Shown here in pieces: positions 28,052 to 36,591 of a stretch of 64,000 nt of DNA (the stretch's first letter is position 1; each line of letters opens with the position of its first letter). This stretch comes from an uncultured Klebsiella sp. (GTDB taxonomy: Bacteria; Chloroflexota; Chloroflexia; Chloroflexales; Roseiflexaceae): assembly GCA_964469045.1 (NCBI GenBank), contig CAYXXK010000009.1:5012-69011 (forward strand), written 5' to 3'. The notes beneath the pieces were generated by a model, which was not told the DNA's origin, searched no databases, and saw only the letters and a list, made by a program, of their open reading frames with translations. A program made the translations under genes and the position numbers.

Positions 28052-30511
28052 TCAAGTACGCCCAAGCAAATCATCACGAATGACGCCAATGACATCATAA
28101 AAGGTCATGTACAGATTAAATTTCTCTGCTTCACGAAGTGTTTGCGATACAATGCCGCGTGCCATTTGCAATTGTTGTTCGACCATTTGATCAAGCATGA
28201 CTCCACGATAGAGTCGGCGTTCTTCACGAAATTGTTGGCACAATGCGCTGAGTACGAGTGTCTCGTGTGCAAAGCCTAAACGCATCAACAATGCACTATA
28301 AATATCCATGATATACAGCATATCCTGCATGCCACCAGCTCGATGCAGCACGGTAAATGTCTCAATTAAATTACTGCGAGTTTCATCAAGTTCTCCGGCA
28401 AGTACGCTGATTGCCGCCAAACGCAGGTGACAATTTGCCATGTTAATAGGCATTGCAATACGGTTGAACTCTTGTCGCGCATAATGGAGATAATTGCGGG
28501 CGCCTGCGAAGTCACCGACGGCCATCAGAATCAAACCACGGTTATAGGCAGCATCAAGTAATCCTATAGTCACACCTGAATCGCGAAATAACGTCATGGC
28601 ATTATCGTTATACTCAAGTGCCTGGCGCAAATCGCCTACAGAAAAGTGCATAAAAGCCAACATATCGTAAGCACGCGCTTGCCAAGTAAGTTTGTTTTCG
28701 GCACCAAAATAATCAATTGCACGATGAAGATCGTCACATAATTCTACAAAGATACCGTGATCCATGGCATCAGCATCATGTAAACCATTAAGGCCATACT
28801 CAATGGCCGTACGCGCCCAAACGAACGATGCATTACTTGCGTTTGCTAACACATAGGCTTGGCGCAGGTATGTCAACGATAGGTTAATCAACCCACGGTT
28901 TCCGTACAAACTACCAAGCACATAGAGCAACTCCGCACGTTGTGGATGGTCACTAGGGAGTAGCAGTTCACAGCGCTCACACAAGCTGACGGCATCGGTT
29001 GTGAGTCCATGACGAATCCACAACGTATGCCAATTCACAAGAATCGCCACAGCCTCACTCACCAAGTTACTCGATAACAATAACTCAACCATATGAAGAG
29101 TGACAACGACATCGTTGGTCGTCACAAATGAGTTGTTGTGCTGAAAAACATCTTCCCACTTTACATCAATAAACAGCGTTGCCTTGGCCAGTTCACGCAT
29201 CAACTGATACTGTCGTTCATGCGTCATGCGTTGTTGAACGACTTGGCGAATCACGGCATGTACCGCATATAAATCCGCATCACCCCGTACTTGATAGATG
29301 ACTTGTCGTTGCTCGAGCGCATCCATCATACTCGGCAGCGCATACTCACTAATCGCAAATAAATGTTGGCTAACAAATTGTAGAAAGCGCAACGGGATAT
29401 GCAGACGACTGATACTTAACAACATCACAATCCGCATCTCGGTCGGATTCAGATAGTCAAGCGCCAATGCGACTGAATCACGCGACGATACAGGGTTTGG
29501 TTGCTGAGTCACTGCATTTGCAATCATAGCGATTAACAGCGGATTACCGTCTACTGCACGACATGAATTCAACACATAGGCGGCATCAATACGCGTACCG
29601 CCTGCCTGCAAAAAGACGCGCATGAAGAGTTGGCACGCAGCAGCGCGCTCATGGTCGGTGCGCAATGGTGGAACGGTAATGGCGTGTTGAATATCAATCA
29701 CCTCAGCAAGTTGAGCCATGCGCGAGGTTACCACAAAACGCAACGATGGAAAGTGTGTCATCATTTGCCGCAGGAGCACAGCAGGCGCCACGGCATTTTG
29801 TTCATCTGCATTATCGACCAGTACATACGAAGACTGCGTTTCGAGGACCATTTTGAGTCGTAACAAAATAGGCTCATTCGCAAGTGGTTTGATTTGGAAT
29901 GTCAAGGCTAGTTGTTGATAAAGCTGTCCTATCGATGATACTGTTGATACATCCAAATAGAACGTACGTTGTCCATGTGTAATCTCGTATTGACGCATTA
30001 ATTCTAGTGCAATCGCAGTTTTGCCAATTCCAGCTTCGCCAACCAACACAATATGGTGTCGTTGCAACATGATGTCACGCAATGATTCAAGCAAATAATC
30101 ACGCCCAATCAATGGGGCATTCACGCTTGGAGACGGCGGATAAAAGCCGTACTGCTGAAGCGCATGTTGCCACATATGGCGAGAAAAATACACATGAAAG
30201 TGTTGGAGCTGATCAACAGGGACGCGGATTGCCACAGCCAACTGCATGAATTCTTCTGCGCTCCAAATACCCGGTTGGCACTCAAATAACACATCAACCG
30301 TTGCAATAAACACCGCCATTGGTGCGGTACTATCACGTTCTGGCCGAGTCAAAAACATGTCATCAAAGCGTGCTCGGGTGAGATCCACGCCACGACGGCG
30401 CAATAAAGTGATGACATCTGGTACAAATATTTGATGCGAACGCAGGCGTTGAAACGCCAGCTTCATGAAATGAATAATTGTTGGTTTATCAAAAAACGTA
30501 TACGTAGTCAT
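28052..30511 (-). CDS. STAND-class P-loop NTPase (NB-ARC-like) with C-terminal TPR array and an unassigned N-terminal domain of about 130 aa
   Basis: Walker A VLVGEAGIGKT (30017-30040) and Walker B YVLVDNADE. The C-terminal half has repeated A-x-x-Y / G-x-L / A TPR-like helices. Spot GC counts are clearly below those of its neighbours. Confidence 0.8.
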   Translation of the reverse strand: MTTYTFFDKPTIIHFMKLAFQRLRSHQIFVPDVITLLRRRGVDLTRARFDDMFLTRPERDSTAPMAVFIATVDVLFECQPGIWSAEEFMQLAVAIRVPVDQLQHFHVYFSRHMWQHALQQYGFYPPSPSVNAPLIGRDYLLESLRDIMLQRHHIVLVGEAGIGKTAIALELMRQYEITHGQRTFYLDVSTVSSIGQLYQQLALTFQIKPLANEPILLRLKMVLETQSSYVLVDNADEQNAVAPAVLLRQMMTHFPSLRFVVTSRMAQLAEVIDIQHAITVPPLRTDHERAAACQLFMRVFLQAGGTRIDAAYVLNSCRAVDGNPLLIAMIANAVTQQPNPVSSRDSVALALDYLNPTEMRIVMLLSISRLHIPLRFLQFVSQHLFAISEYALPSMMDALEQRQVIYQVRGDADLYAVHAVIRQVVQQRMTHERQYQLMRELAKATLFIDVKWEDVFQHNNSFVTTNDVVVTLHMVELLLSSNLVSEAVAILVNWHTLWIRHGLTTDAVSLCERCELLLPSDHPQRAELLYVLGSLYGNRGLINLSLTYLRQAYVLANASNASFVWARTAIEYGLNGLHDADAMDHGIFVELCDDLHRAIDYFGAENKLTWQARAYDMLAFMHFSVGDLRQALEYNDNAMTLFRDSGVTIGLLDAAYNRGLILMAVGDFAGARNYLHYARQEFNRIAMPINMANCHLRLAAISVLAGELDETRSNLIETFTVLHRAGGMQDMLYIMDIYSALLMRLGFAHETLVLSALCQQFREERRLYRGVMLDQMVEQQLQMARGIVSQTLREAEKFNLYMTFYDVIGVIRDDLLGRT

Positions 30512-30538
30512 GGTCTATGCGTTTCATAAGTTCCAAAT

Positions 30539-30763
30539 TTATGCGTCCCAAGTGGGTTTTTCCCAACCAAAATCAATCTGGTGGCGACGGAGGAGCGATT
30601 GCAATTTGGGGTCCTCTTCGGCTAATTCGACGATGCGGCTCAGTGCTGCATTAAATGCATCTTGCATTCCATCGGGGTATTTGGCAAAACGCTCAGGTGG
30701 CACATCAAAAATCAACGCCACATGAAAACGCAGATAACCATCACTCGTGTGTTTGGGAGGCAT
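30539..30763 (-). CDS. small hypothetical protein (74 aa) upstream of the STAND gene
   Basis: ATG at 30763 has GGAG about 9 nt upstream. Its stop lies 27 nt before the STAND start. No recognisable domain. Confidence 0.45.
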   Translation of the reverse strand: MPPKHTSDGYLRFHVALIFDVPPERFAKYPDGMQDAFNAALSRIVELAEEDPKLQSLLRRHQIDFGWEKPTWDA

Positions 30764-30837
30764 ATCAATCACTCCGTCTCTAAATCTACATAGCTCGCTA
30801 ATCTGTATCATAGCACGGTCGTATCATGCGAGTCAGA

Positions 30838-30867
30838 TTGCATCTACAATCCGGCGTGTGGTATACT
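30838..30867 (+). promoter_or_regulatory. candidate sigma-70 promoter for tRNA-Arg
   Basis: TTGCAT (30838-30843), an 18-nt spacer, then TATACT (30862-30867). The tRNA 5' end lies 12 nt downstream. Confidence 0.4.
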
Positions 30868-30878
30868 GCTAGAAGCGT

Positions 30879-30954
30879 GGCCCGGTAGCTCAATGGATAG
30901 AGCATCAGTCTTCGGAACTGAGTGTTGGGGGTTCGATTCCCTCCCGGGTCGCCA
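30879..30954 (+). tRNA. tRNA-Arg (anticodon UCG), CCA encoded
   Basis: Cloverleaf folded by hand: acceptor GGCCCGG/CCGGGTC, D stem GCTC/GAGC, anticodon stem TCAGT/ACTGA with loop CT-TCG-GA, T stem GGGGG/CCCTC with loop TTCGATT, discriminator G, CCA. 76 nt. Confidence 0.9.
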
Positions 30955-31112
30955 CAAACAACCCACAGATGCGCAGTGTTTCAACTTGCGTTCTGTGGGT
31001 TTTGCGTTCGTCCTCCATTTTGTCACATGACTCCGTGCCACGCACATACCACGCGTTGGTCTTTTTTCTTTATAATCAACACAACAACACAACTCTACTA
31101 AGGAGTGCAGCC

Positions 31113-32330
31113 ATGCAACAGCAATACGACGCAATCATTGTCGGTGGTGGTATTTTGGGCTGGAGCACGGCATATCATCTGCACATGCGTGGAATCAACG
31201 ACATCGCCGTGATTGATGTCGCCCATCCCGCTGAGGCGACCACTGGTGCCGGTGCAGGCTTTGTGGGTACCTGGGCCGCAGGATTCGGACCAAACACCTG
31301 GGGCGCAGAAGAGTTGGCCATTGAGCAGTATAGCCTTGCGTTCTATCGTACCCTCGGTCAGCGTCATGCCATTCAGCTCCGTACCAACGGCAATTTGTTT
31401 GTGGCACGCACGGCTCACGGTTATAACACCTGGATTGCCCCGATGCTCAATCACCCTTTGACGCCTTCCAACACCCAAGCATTGAGCGCCGGCGAACTCG
31501 TCGAGATGAGCAACGGCTGTTTAGCTCACACAGAGGTTTATGGTGCGGTCTATCACCCGCATGGCATCCAAATTCACACCACACCCACCCTCAAGGCCAT
31601 GGTACACGAAGCCGTACAACAAGGAGTTACCAGTATTGTCGGCGAGTTGGTTACCAGCATTGAGATGCGCCACGGCGCCGTCACCGGCGTCACCACCAAT
31701 ACCGGCGCGCACTATGCATCAGAGCGGGTTATTTTGGCGTGTGGCGCCTGGAGCAATCACCTGATTAGCAGCGTCAGCGATCCTCTACCACTCTACCGCC
31801 TTGTCGCAACGCGCGTAATTAGCCCGAGTTGCGGTATCCCATCCACACTCCCCACCTTGATGATCCCCGAGATGGGCGCCTGGATTCGCGAGCACCAAGG
31901 TGGCCTGATGTGGGGCACCGGCGATGGCTATGCGCCACTCCACAACCTGCCAACCGAGGCCGCACCGGGTACCCGACCACATCACCCCGAGTTGCTCAAT
32001 CAGCTCACGGCAACGGTGGGCGAATCGCTACAACGCCTCTTCCCTACGGCAGATATTAGTGTGGCCGAATGGACGCAAGGCATGCCAGTGTATACCGTCG
32101 ATCGTCGTTTTTGTGCCGGATCAGTGCCACACGTACCAGGGTTATGGGCAGTCACCGGCGATAATGAAGCAGGAGTCACACATGCGCCTGGGCTAGGCCG
32201 CATGATGGCAGATTTGGTGATTGACGGGAGTAGCGACTGGGTGAACCATTTTGCCTTTGCGCTGAATCGCTTTGGCAAACGTTATGAGAACGAACTTGCC
32301 GTCGCATCAGCAATGCCGCCGCGACGCTAA
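31113..32330 (+). CDS. FAD-dependent oxidoreductase (DAO family; sarcosine/glycine oxidase-like)
   Basis: N-terminal YDAIIVGGGILG dinucleotide-binding motif. AAGGAG RBS upstream of the ATG at 31113. Confidence 0.85.
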   Translation: MQQQYDAIIVGGGILGWSTAYHLHMRGINDIAVIDVAHPAEATTGAGAGFVGTWAAGFGPNTWGAEELAIEQYSLAFYRTLGQRHAIQLRTNGNLFVARTAHGYNTWIAPMLNHPLTPSNTQALSAGELVEMSNGCLAHTEVYGAVYHPHGIQIHTTPTLKAMVHEAVQQGVTSIVGELVTSIEMRHGAVTGVTTNTGAHYASERVILACGAWSNHLISSVSDPLPLYRLVATRVISPSCGIPSTLPTLMIPEMGAWIREHQGGLMWGTGDGYAPLHNLPTEAAPGTRPHHPELLNQLTATVGESLQRLFPTADISVAEWTQGMPVYTVDRRFCAGSVPHVPGLWAVTGDNEAGVTHAPGLGRMMADLVIDGSSDWVNHFAFALNRFGKRYENELAVASAMPPRR

Positions 32331-32344
32331 TTGAGGAGACCCCC

Positions 32345-32554
32345 TTGAAGAACTCAACCATATGGTGGCGAATCACGTTGTTATGTGCAGTCGCAGCCGC
32401 AATCACACTGATTACATTCAACCTCGTCGGGAGTACAGTAGACGCTCAAGGCGTGCTCAACGAGCCGTTCTTCTTACTGCCACTCTTTTGGGTCTTTTCA
32501 CTCAGCAGCAGCATCTCAGCAGTCATTGCATTGGTGATACGGCGCACACGATGA
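32345..32554 (+). CDS. possible small two-TM membrane protein (69 aa, TTG start)
   Basis: Two hydrophobic helices. Its stop overlaps the ATG of the next gene (ATGA at 32551-32554), which suggests translational coupling. Only a TTG start is available. Confidence 0.4.
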   Translation: MKNSTIWWRITLLCAVAAAITLITFNLVGSTVDAQGVLNEPFFLLPLFWVFSLSSSISAVIALVIRRTR

Positions 32555-32925
32555 TTCGTTATGTCACAATTGTGGTTGATGAGTATGATGCAGCAATCGC
32601 CTACTACACACAGCTGCTCGATTATGTTGTGCGTGAGGATGTTGCACTGACACCGCACAAACGCTGGGTGGTGATTGGCAGTGCCGATAGGCAGGGTTGT
32701 GGGTTATTACTTGCAAAAGCATCGACGCCCGAGCAACATGCGCATATCGGCAATCAAACGGGCGGCCGGGTGGCGTTTTTTTACTCCACAGACAATTTTG
32801 ACGAGACATATGCCCGCATGCGTGCACTGGGTGTCACATTCCTCGAACAACCACGATACGAAGCGTACGGCCCTGTAGTGCAATTTGTCGATCAATACGG
32901 CAACAAATGGGATTTATTGGGATAA
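32551..32925 (+). CDS. VOC-family protein (glyoxalase/bleomycin-resistance fold)
   Basis: About 124 aa, running from MIRYVTIVVDEYDAAIAYY to VQFVDQYGNKWDL, which is typical of VOC beta-alpha-beta-beta-beta modules. Confidence 0.8.
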   Translation: MIRYVTIVVDEYDAAIAYYTQLLDYVVREDVALTPHKRWVVIGSADRQGCGLLLAKASTPEQHAHIGNQTGGRVAFFYSTDNFDETYARMRALGVTFLEQPRYEAYGPVVQFVDQYGNKWDLLG

Positions 32926-33006
32926 ACAAGGATGATATGAGAGACGCATGGTCATGCGTCTCTCATATCATCCCACATGCGTCTCTACGCATCAACAGGG
33001 AACGAT

Positions 33007-33966
33007 TTACCAGGCGCTGGCGTCGGTCAAAGCCTTGATGGCATCGGCCGGCAAGACCAAATTGGCCGACGCAGTCAAATCCTGCACTTGCGCGACGGTA
33101 GTACCGCTGGCGATCGCAGCAGTGATGCCAGGGCGGGCCATGATCCAGGCCAAGGCAACTTGGCCGGGGGTGGTATTGAGCTCAGCAGCTACCCGCTCAA
33201 CCTCGGCAAGCACCTTGAAGCCGCGCTCGTTCATGTAATTATTCTGCACGCCACCGGCACGTGGGGTGCTTGGCAACGGCTGGCCAGCTTTGTACTTGCC
33301 CGAGAAGAAGCCGCTCGCCAGTGATGAATAGGTAATCACACCCACGCCCTCGCTGATACACATCGGCTCAAGCTCGCGCTCGTAATCGGCACGCATCACC
33401 AAATTGTAGCGCGGCTGGACACAGTCGTAGCGGGCGACATTGAGCGAATCGCTTACCCACAACGACTTGGTCAAACGCCATGCGCTGTAGTTTGAGGCGC
33501 CGATATAGCGTACTTTGCCTGATGACACCAGGTCTTCGAACGCACGCATCGTCTCGTCGAGCGGCGTATTTAGGTCATCAGCATGGGCTTGGTAGAGATC
33601 GATGTAGTCAGTCTTGAGGCGCTTCAATGAGTCCTCGACACACTTGATGATGCGGTAACGCGAGAGACCCTCGTCGTTGGGGCCATCGCCCATGCGCATA
33701 CCGACCTTGGTGGCTACGATCAGGTTATGACGATTGCCACGAGCCTGCATCCAGTCACCCAAAATGCGCTCTGACTCACCACCGACGTGGCCCGGAGCCC
33801 AGCGCGAGTAGACGTCGGCAGTATCGATGAAGTTCCCACCGCCAGCTACGAAGGTGTCAAGCACCTCAAAGGAACGTTGGGCATCTGTGGTCCAGCCCAA
33901 TACATTACCGCCAAAACAAATCGGTGTCACATTCAGGCCGGTACGGCCCATGCGGCGAGTCTGCAT
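33007..33966 (-). CDS. aldo/keto reductase
   Basis: GRTGLNVTPICFGGNVLG, FIDTADVY, IVATK, DLYQAH and IGASNY motifs. Confidence 0.9.
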   Translation of the reverse strand: MQTRRMGRTGLNVTPICFGGNVLGWTTDAQRSFEVLDTFVAGGGNFIDTADVYSRWAPGHVGGESERILGDWMQARGNRHNLIVATKVGMRMGDGPNDEGLSRYRIIKCVEDSLKRLKTDYIDLYQAHADDLNTPLDETMRAFEDLVSSGKVRYIGASNYSAWRLTKSLWVSDSLNVARYDCVQPRYNLVMRADYERELEPMCISEGVGVITYSSLASGFFSGKYKAGQPLPSTPRAGGVQNNYMNERGFKVLAEVERVAAELNTTPGQVALAWIMARPGITAAIASGTTVAQVQDLTASANLVLPADAIKALTDASAW

Positions 33967-34105
33967 CGTATGTACTCCCTTGAAGTATCAACTTACGAAT
34001 AGTCACATGTATATTGTAACGAAATTTATCCCTCATCACGGCGTCTGTGTTATAAATCGGGTATGATAGATGTAGGTTTCACGCTACATTGGGCATAGTA
34101 CTGCG

Positions 34106-34522
34106 ATGTCATCTAGCAACAATCCATCAACGCGACTATGGCAGGAACCAGAAACTGCGGATTTGCTTCGCCGTGAAATCGACGATGCACACCGCACAAT
34201 CAGGGCACTCATGCGCCGCCTCGCTGACGAACAAGATCAACAAGTCAAAACCAAACACGCCTACGAGCAAATGAAGTCGAACATCATGGAAATGAATCGC
34301 GAGTTTGTAGCAGTAGAGCGTGAACGCGATATGTGGCGTCAACGTGCCGAACAGCACGGTAATGTTGAATGGCCTGACATGCTCCCACAACTCACCCCCG
34401 ACGAAATTAGTGCTATTCGACGCGCCATGGCACGACTACATCATCCCGATCATGGCGGGGATAGCGAACGCATGAAAGAATGGAACAAGATACTCGACCG
34501 GATCGATAAAAAACGGAAATAG
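34106..34522 (+). CDS. coiled-coil protein with a short C-terminal J-domain-like segment (HPD motif)
   Basis: ISAIRRAMARLHHPDHGGDSERMKEWNKILDRI reads as helix II, HPD, helix III of a J domain. The N-terminal 90 aa are charged and helical. Confidence 0.55.
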   Translation: MSSSNNPSTRLWQEPETADLLRREIDDAHRTIRALMRRLADEQDQQVKTKHAYEQMKSNIMEMNREFVAVERERDMWRQRAEQHGNVEWPDMLPQLTPDEISAIRRAMARLHHPDHGGDSERMKEWNKILDRIDKKRK

Positions 34523-34584
34523 TCAGACATTGCTTTCACTTATAATGTCACCAATATGCAATCACAAACGATGAGGAGCAATTC

Positions 34585-36081
34585 ATGCGACAAAGTGGTA
34601 TACTCCTGCACCCGACATCATTACCATCACGCTGGGGCATTGGCGACCTAGGCGCGGCAGCCTATCAATTTGTTGATTTGCTCTTGCATACACGACAACA
34701 AGTGTGGCAGGTTTTGCCACTTGGGCCTACTGGGTACGGCGACTCGCCATATCAGTGTTTCTCTGCGTTTGCAGGGAATCCCCTGCTCATCAGTCCTGAT
34801 TTGCTCCTCAGCCAAGGATTATTAACAGCGGAAGACATCACAGATTACCCATATTTTGGCGACGGCGGTGTTGATTTTGGCAATGTTATTCCTGCTAAAC
34901 TCGCGTTGTTGCGCAAATCTTTTTACCGTTTTCGCAGTGCAAAAAGCGAAGCTGTAGCCGAATTTGCCAATTTTTGTAGTATCGAGGCCAGTTGGCTCGG
35001 CAACTATGCGTTATTTATGGCGCTCAAAGACAAACACGGCGGCCAGACATGGAGCAGTTGGCCAACCCCACTCGCTAAGCGCGACGCAAAGGCGCTTGCA
35101 GATGCAAGTAATGAGTTACAGGCAGAGGTATCGTTCTATGCCTACCTACAATTCTTGTTCTTCCGTCAATGGCGGGCCATCCGTCAATACGCCAACGAAC
35201 GTGGTATCACGATAATTGGCGATGCGCCGATTTTTGTAGCGTATGACAGTGCGGATGTCTGGAGTTCACCAGAACTCTTTTATCTCGACGAAAGTGGTCT
35301 GCCCACGGTGGTAGCCGGCGTGCCACCTGACTACTTCAGCGAAGACGGTCAGCGCTGGGGCAATCCACTCTACCGATGGGACGCCCACAAAGCACAGGGG
35401 TACCGCTGGTGGATTGAGCGAATTCGGGCCAATGCGGCGTTGTACGACCTGGTGCGCCTCGACCACTTCCGCGGCTTTGCCGCCTACTGGGAGGTGCCAG
35501 CGAGTGAGCCGACCGCCCGTATCGGTCGTTGGGTTGATGGGCCAGGCCAAGATTTGTTCACGGCGTTGAGCAATGCGCTGGGCACCTTACCAATAATTGC
35601 CGAGGATCTCGGCTTAATTACGCCGGACGTCATGAAGTTACGCGACGACAATCGCTTGCCCGGCATGAAGATTCTGCAATTTGCCTGGCACGGCGACCCG
35701 ACTGAGCCGTTTTTGCCACAAAACTACGTCAGCAACTGTGTCGTCTACACCGGCACCCATGACAACGACACCAGCGTCGGCTGGTATAAGAGTGCACCAG
35801 AGCATGAGCGCGTCAACTTGCATGCCTATACCGGGTTACCTCATCACGAATTCGATCCGGCTTGGGAATTGTTGCGCATGGCATGGGCATCGGTGGCCAA
35901 CACGGCCATCATCCCGCTCCAAGACATGCTCAGCCTCGACACCGATGCCCGAATGAACTATCCCGGACGACTCGGCGGCAACTGGAGCTGGCGTTTCAGA
36001 TTCACGGACATCCCCGATTATTTGCTCGATCGGTTACGTGACTACACCGTACGCTATAACCGTGCACCACGCGCGCAATAA
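34585..36081 (+). CDS. malQ: 4-alpha-glucanotransferase (amylomaltase, GH77)
   Basis: SGILLHPTSLPS..GIGDLG, YSPYQ-like DSPYQCFSAFAGNP, RLDHFRGF, AEDLG and YTGTHDN motifs. Confidence 0.9.
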   Translation: MRQSGILLHPTSLPSRWGIGDLGAAAYQFVDLLLHTRQQVWQVLPLGPTGYGDSPYQCFSAFAGNPLLISPDLLLSQGLLTAEDITDYPYFGDGGVDFGNVIPAKLALLRKSFYRFRSAKSEAVAEFANFCSIEASWLGNYALFMALKDKHGGQTWSSWPTPLAKRDAKALADASNELQAEVSFYAYLQFLFFRQWRAIRQYANERGITIIGDAPIFVAYDSADVWSSPELFYLDESGLPTVVAGVPPDYFSEDGQRWGNPLYRWDAHKAQGYRWWIERIRANAALYDLVRLDHFRGFAAYWEVPASEPTARIGRWVDGPGQDLFTALSNALGTLPIIAEDLGLITPDVMKLRDDNRLPGMKILQFAWHGDPTEPFLPQNYVSNCVVYTGTHDNDTSVGWYKSAPEHERVNLHAYTGLPHHEFDPAWELLRMAWASVANTAIIPLQDMLSLDTDARMNYPGRLGGNWSWRFRFTDIPDYLLDRLRDYTVRYNRAPRAQ

Positions 36082-36093
36082 CCACACAATCAC

Positions 36094-36121
36094 GAGCGCA
36101 CTGAGAATATCCAGTGCGCTC
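36094..36121 (+). terminator. possible terminator after malQ
   Basis: 10-bp stem gagcgcactg / cagtgcgctc. It is followed only by a weak ATTGCTTTC tract. Confidence 0.45.
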
Positions 36122-36147
36122 ATTGCTTTCACTACAAAGAACAATCA

Positions 36148-36591
36148 ATGTCAATTACAGCCTATATTGCCGATCAACCACTTGATCGACAGCCAATTAT
36201 CACTCAACTACACGAACAGATTGTCACAAACCTGCCAGATGGATTCGTGGCGACCATACAATACCGCATGATTGGCTACGTGGTGCCACATTCACGCTAT
36301 CCGGCAGGGTATCATGTCAATCCACAAGAGCCCTTGCCATTTATGGCACTGGCAAACCAAAAACACCACATTGCCGTCTACCACCTCGGGTTATACGCCG
36401 ATAGCACGCTGATGGCATGGTTTGTAGCACAACACGAGGCACAAACCAGCACCAAACTCAATATGGGCGCGAGCTGCATCCGTTTTAATCCCAAAAAGGC
36501 TATCCCGTACGACTTGATTGGAGCGCTATCGCGCAAAATGAATATAGACGAGTGGATTGCCCGCTACGAGTCGCGTCGACCCGCATCCTAA
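36148..36591 (+). CDS. DUF1801 (YdhG-like) domain protein
   Basis: Size and the pattern MSITAYIA...LHEQI...MIGY...HIAVYHLGLY...CIRF fit the DUF1801 family as I recall it. Confidence 0.6.
   Translation: MSITAYIADQPLDRQPIITQLHEQIVTNLPDGFVATIQYRMIGYVVPHSRYPAGYHVNPQEPLPFMALANQKHHIAVYHLGLYADSTLMAWFVAQHEAQTSTKLNMGASCIRFNPKKAIPYDLIGALSRKMNIDEWIARYESRRPAS

Noticed and set aside
28052-30954. The STAND gene pair considered as a tRNA-integrated genomic island.
   Set aside because: The genes lie on the 5' side of tRNA-Arg rather than at its 3' end. I saw no integrase and no duplicated copy of the tRNA 3' segment. Low GC supports foreign origin, but integration at the tRNA is not supported.
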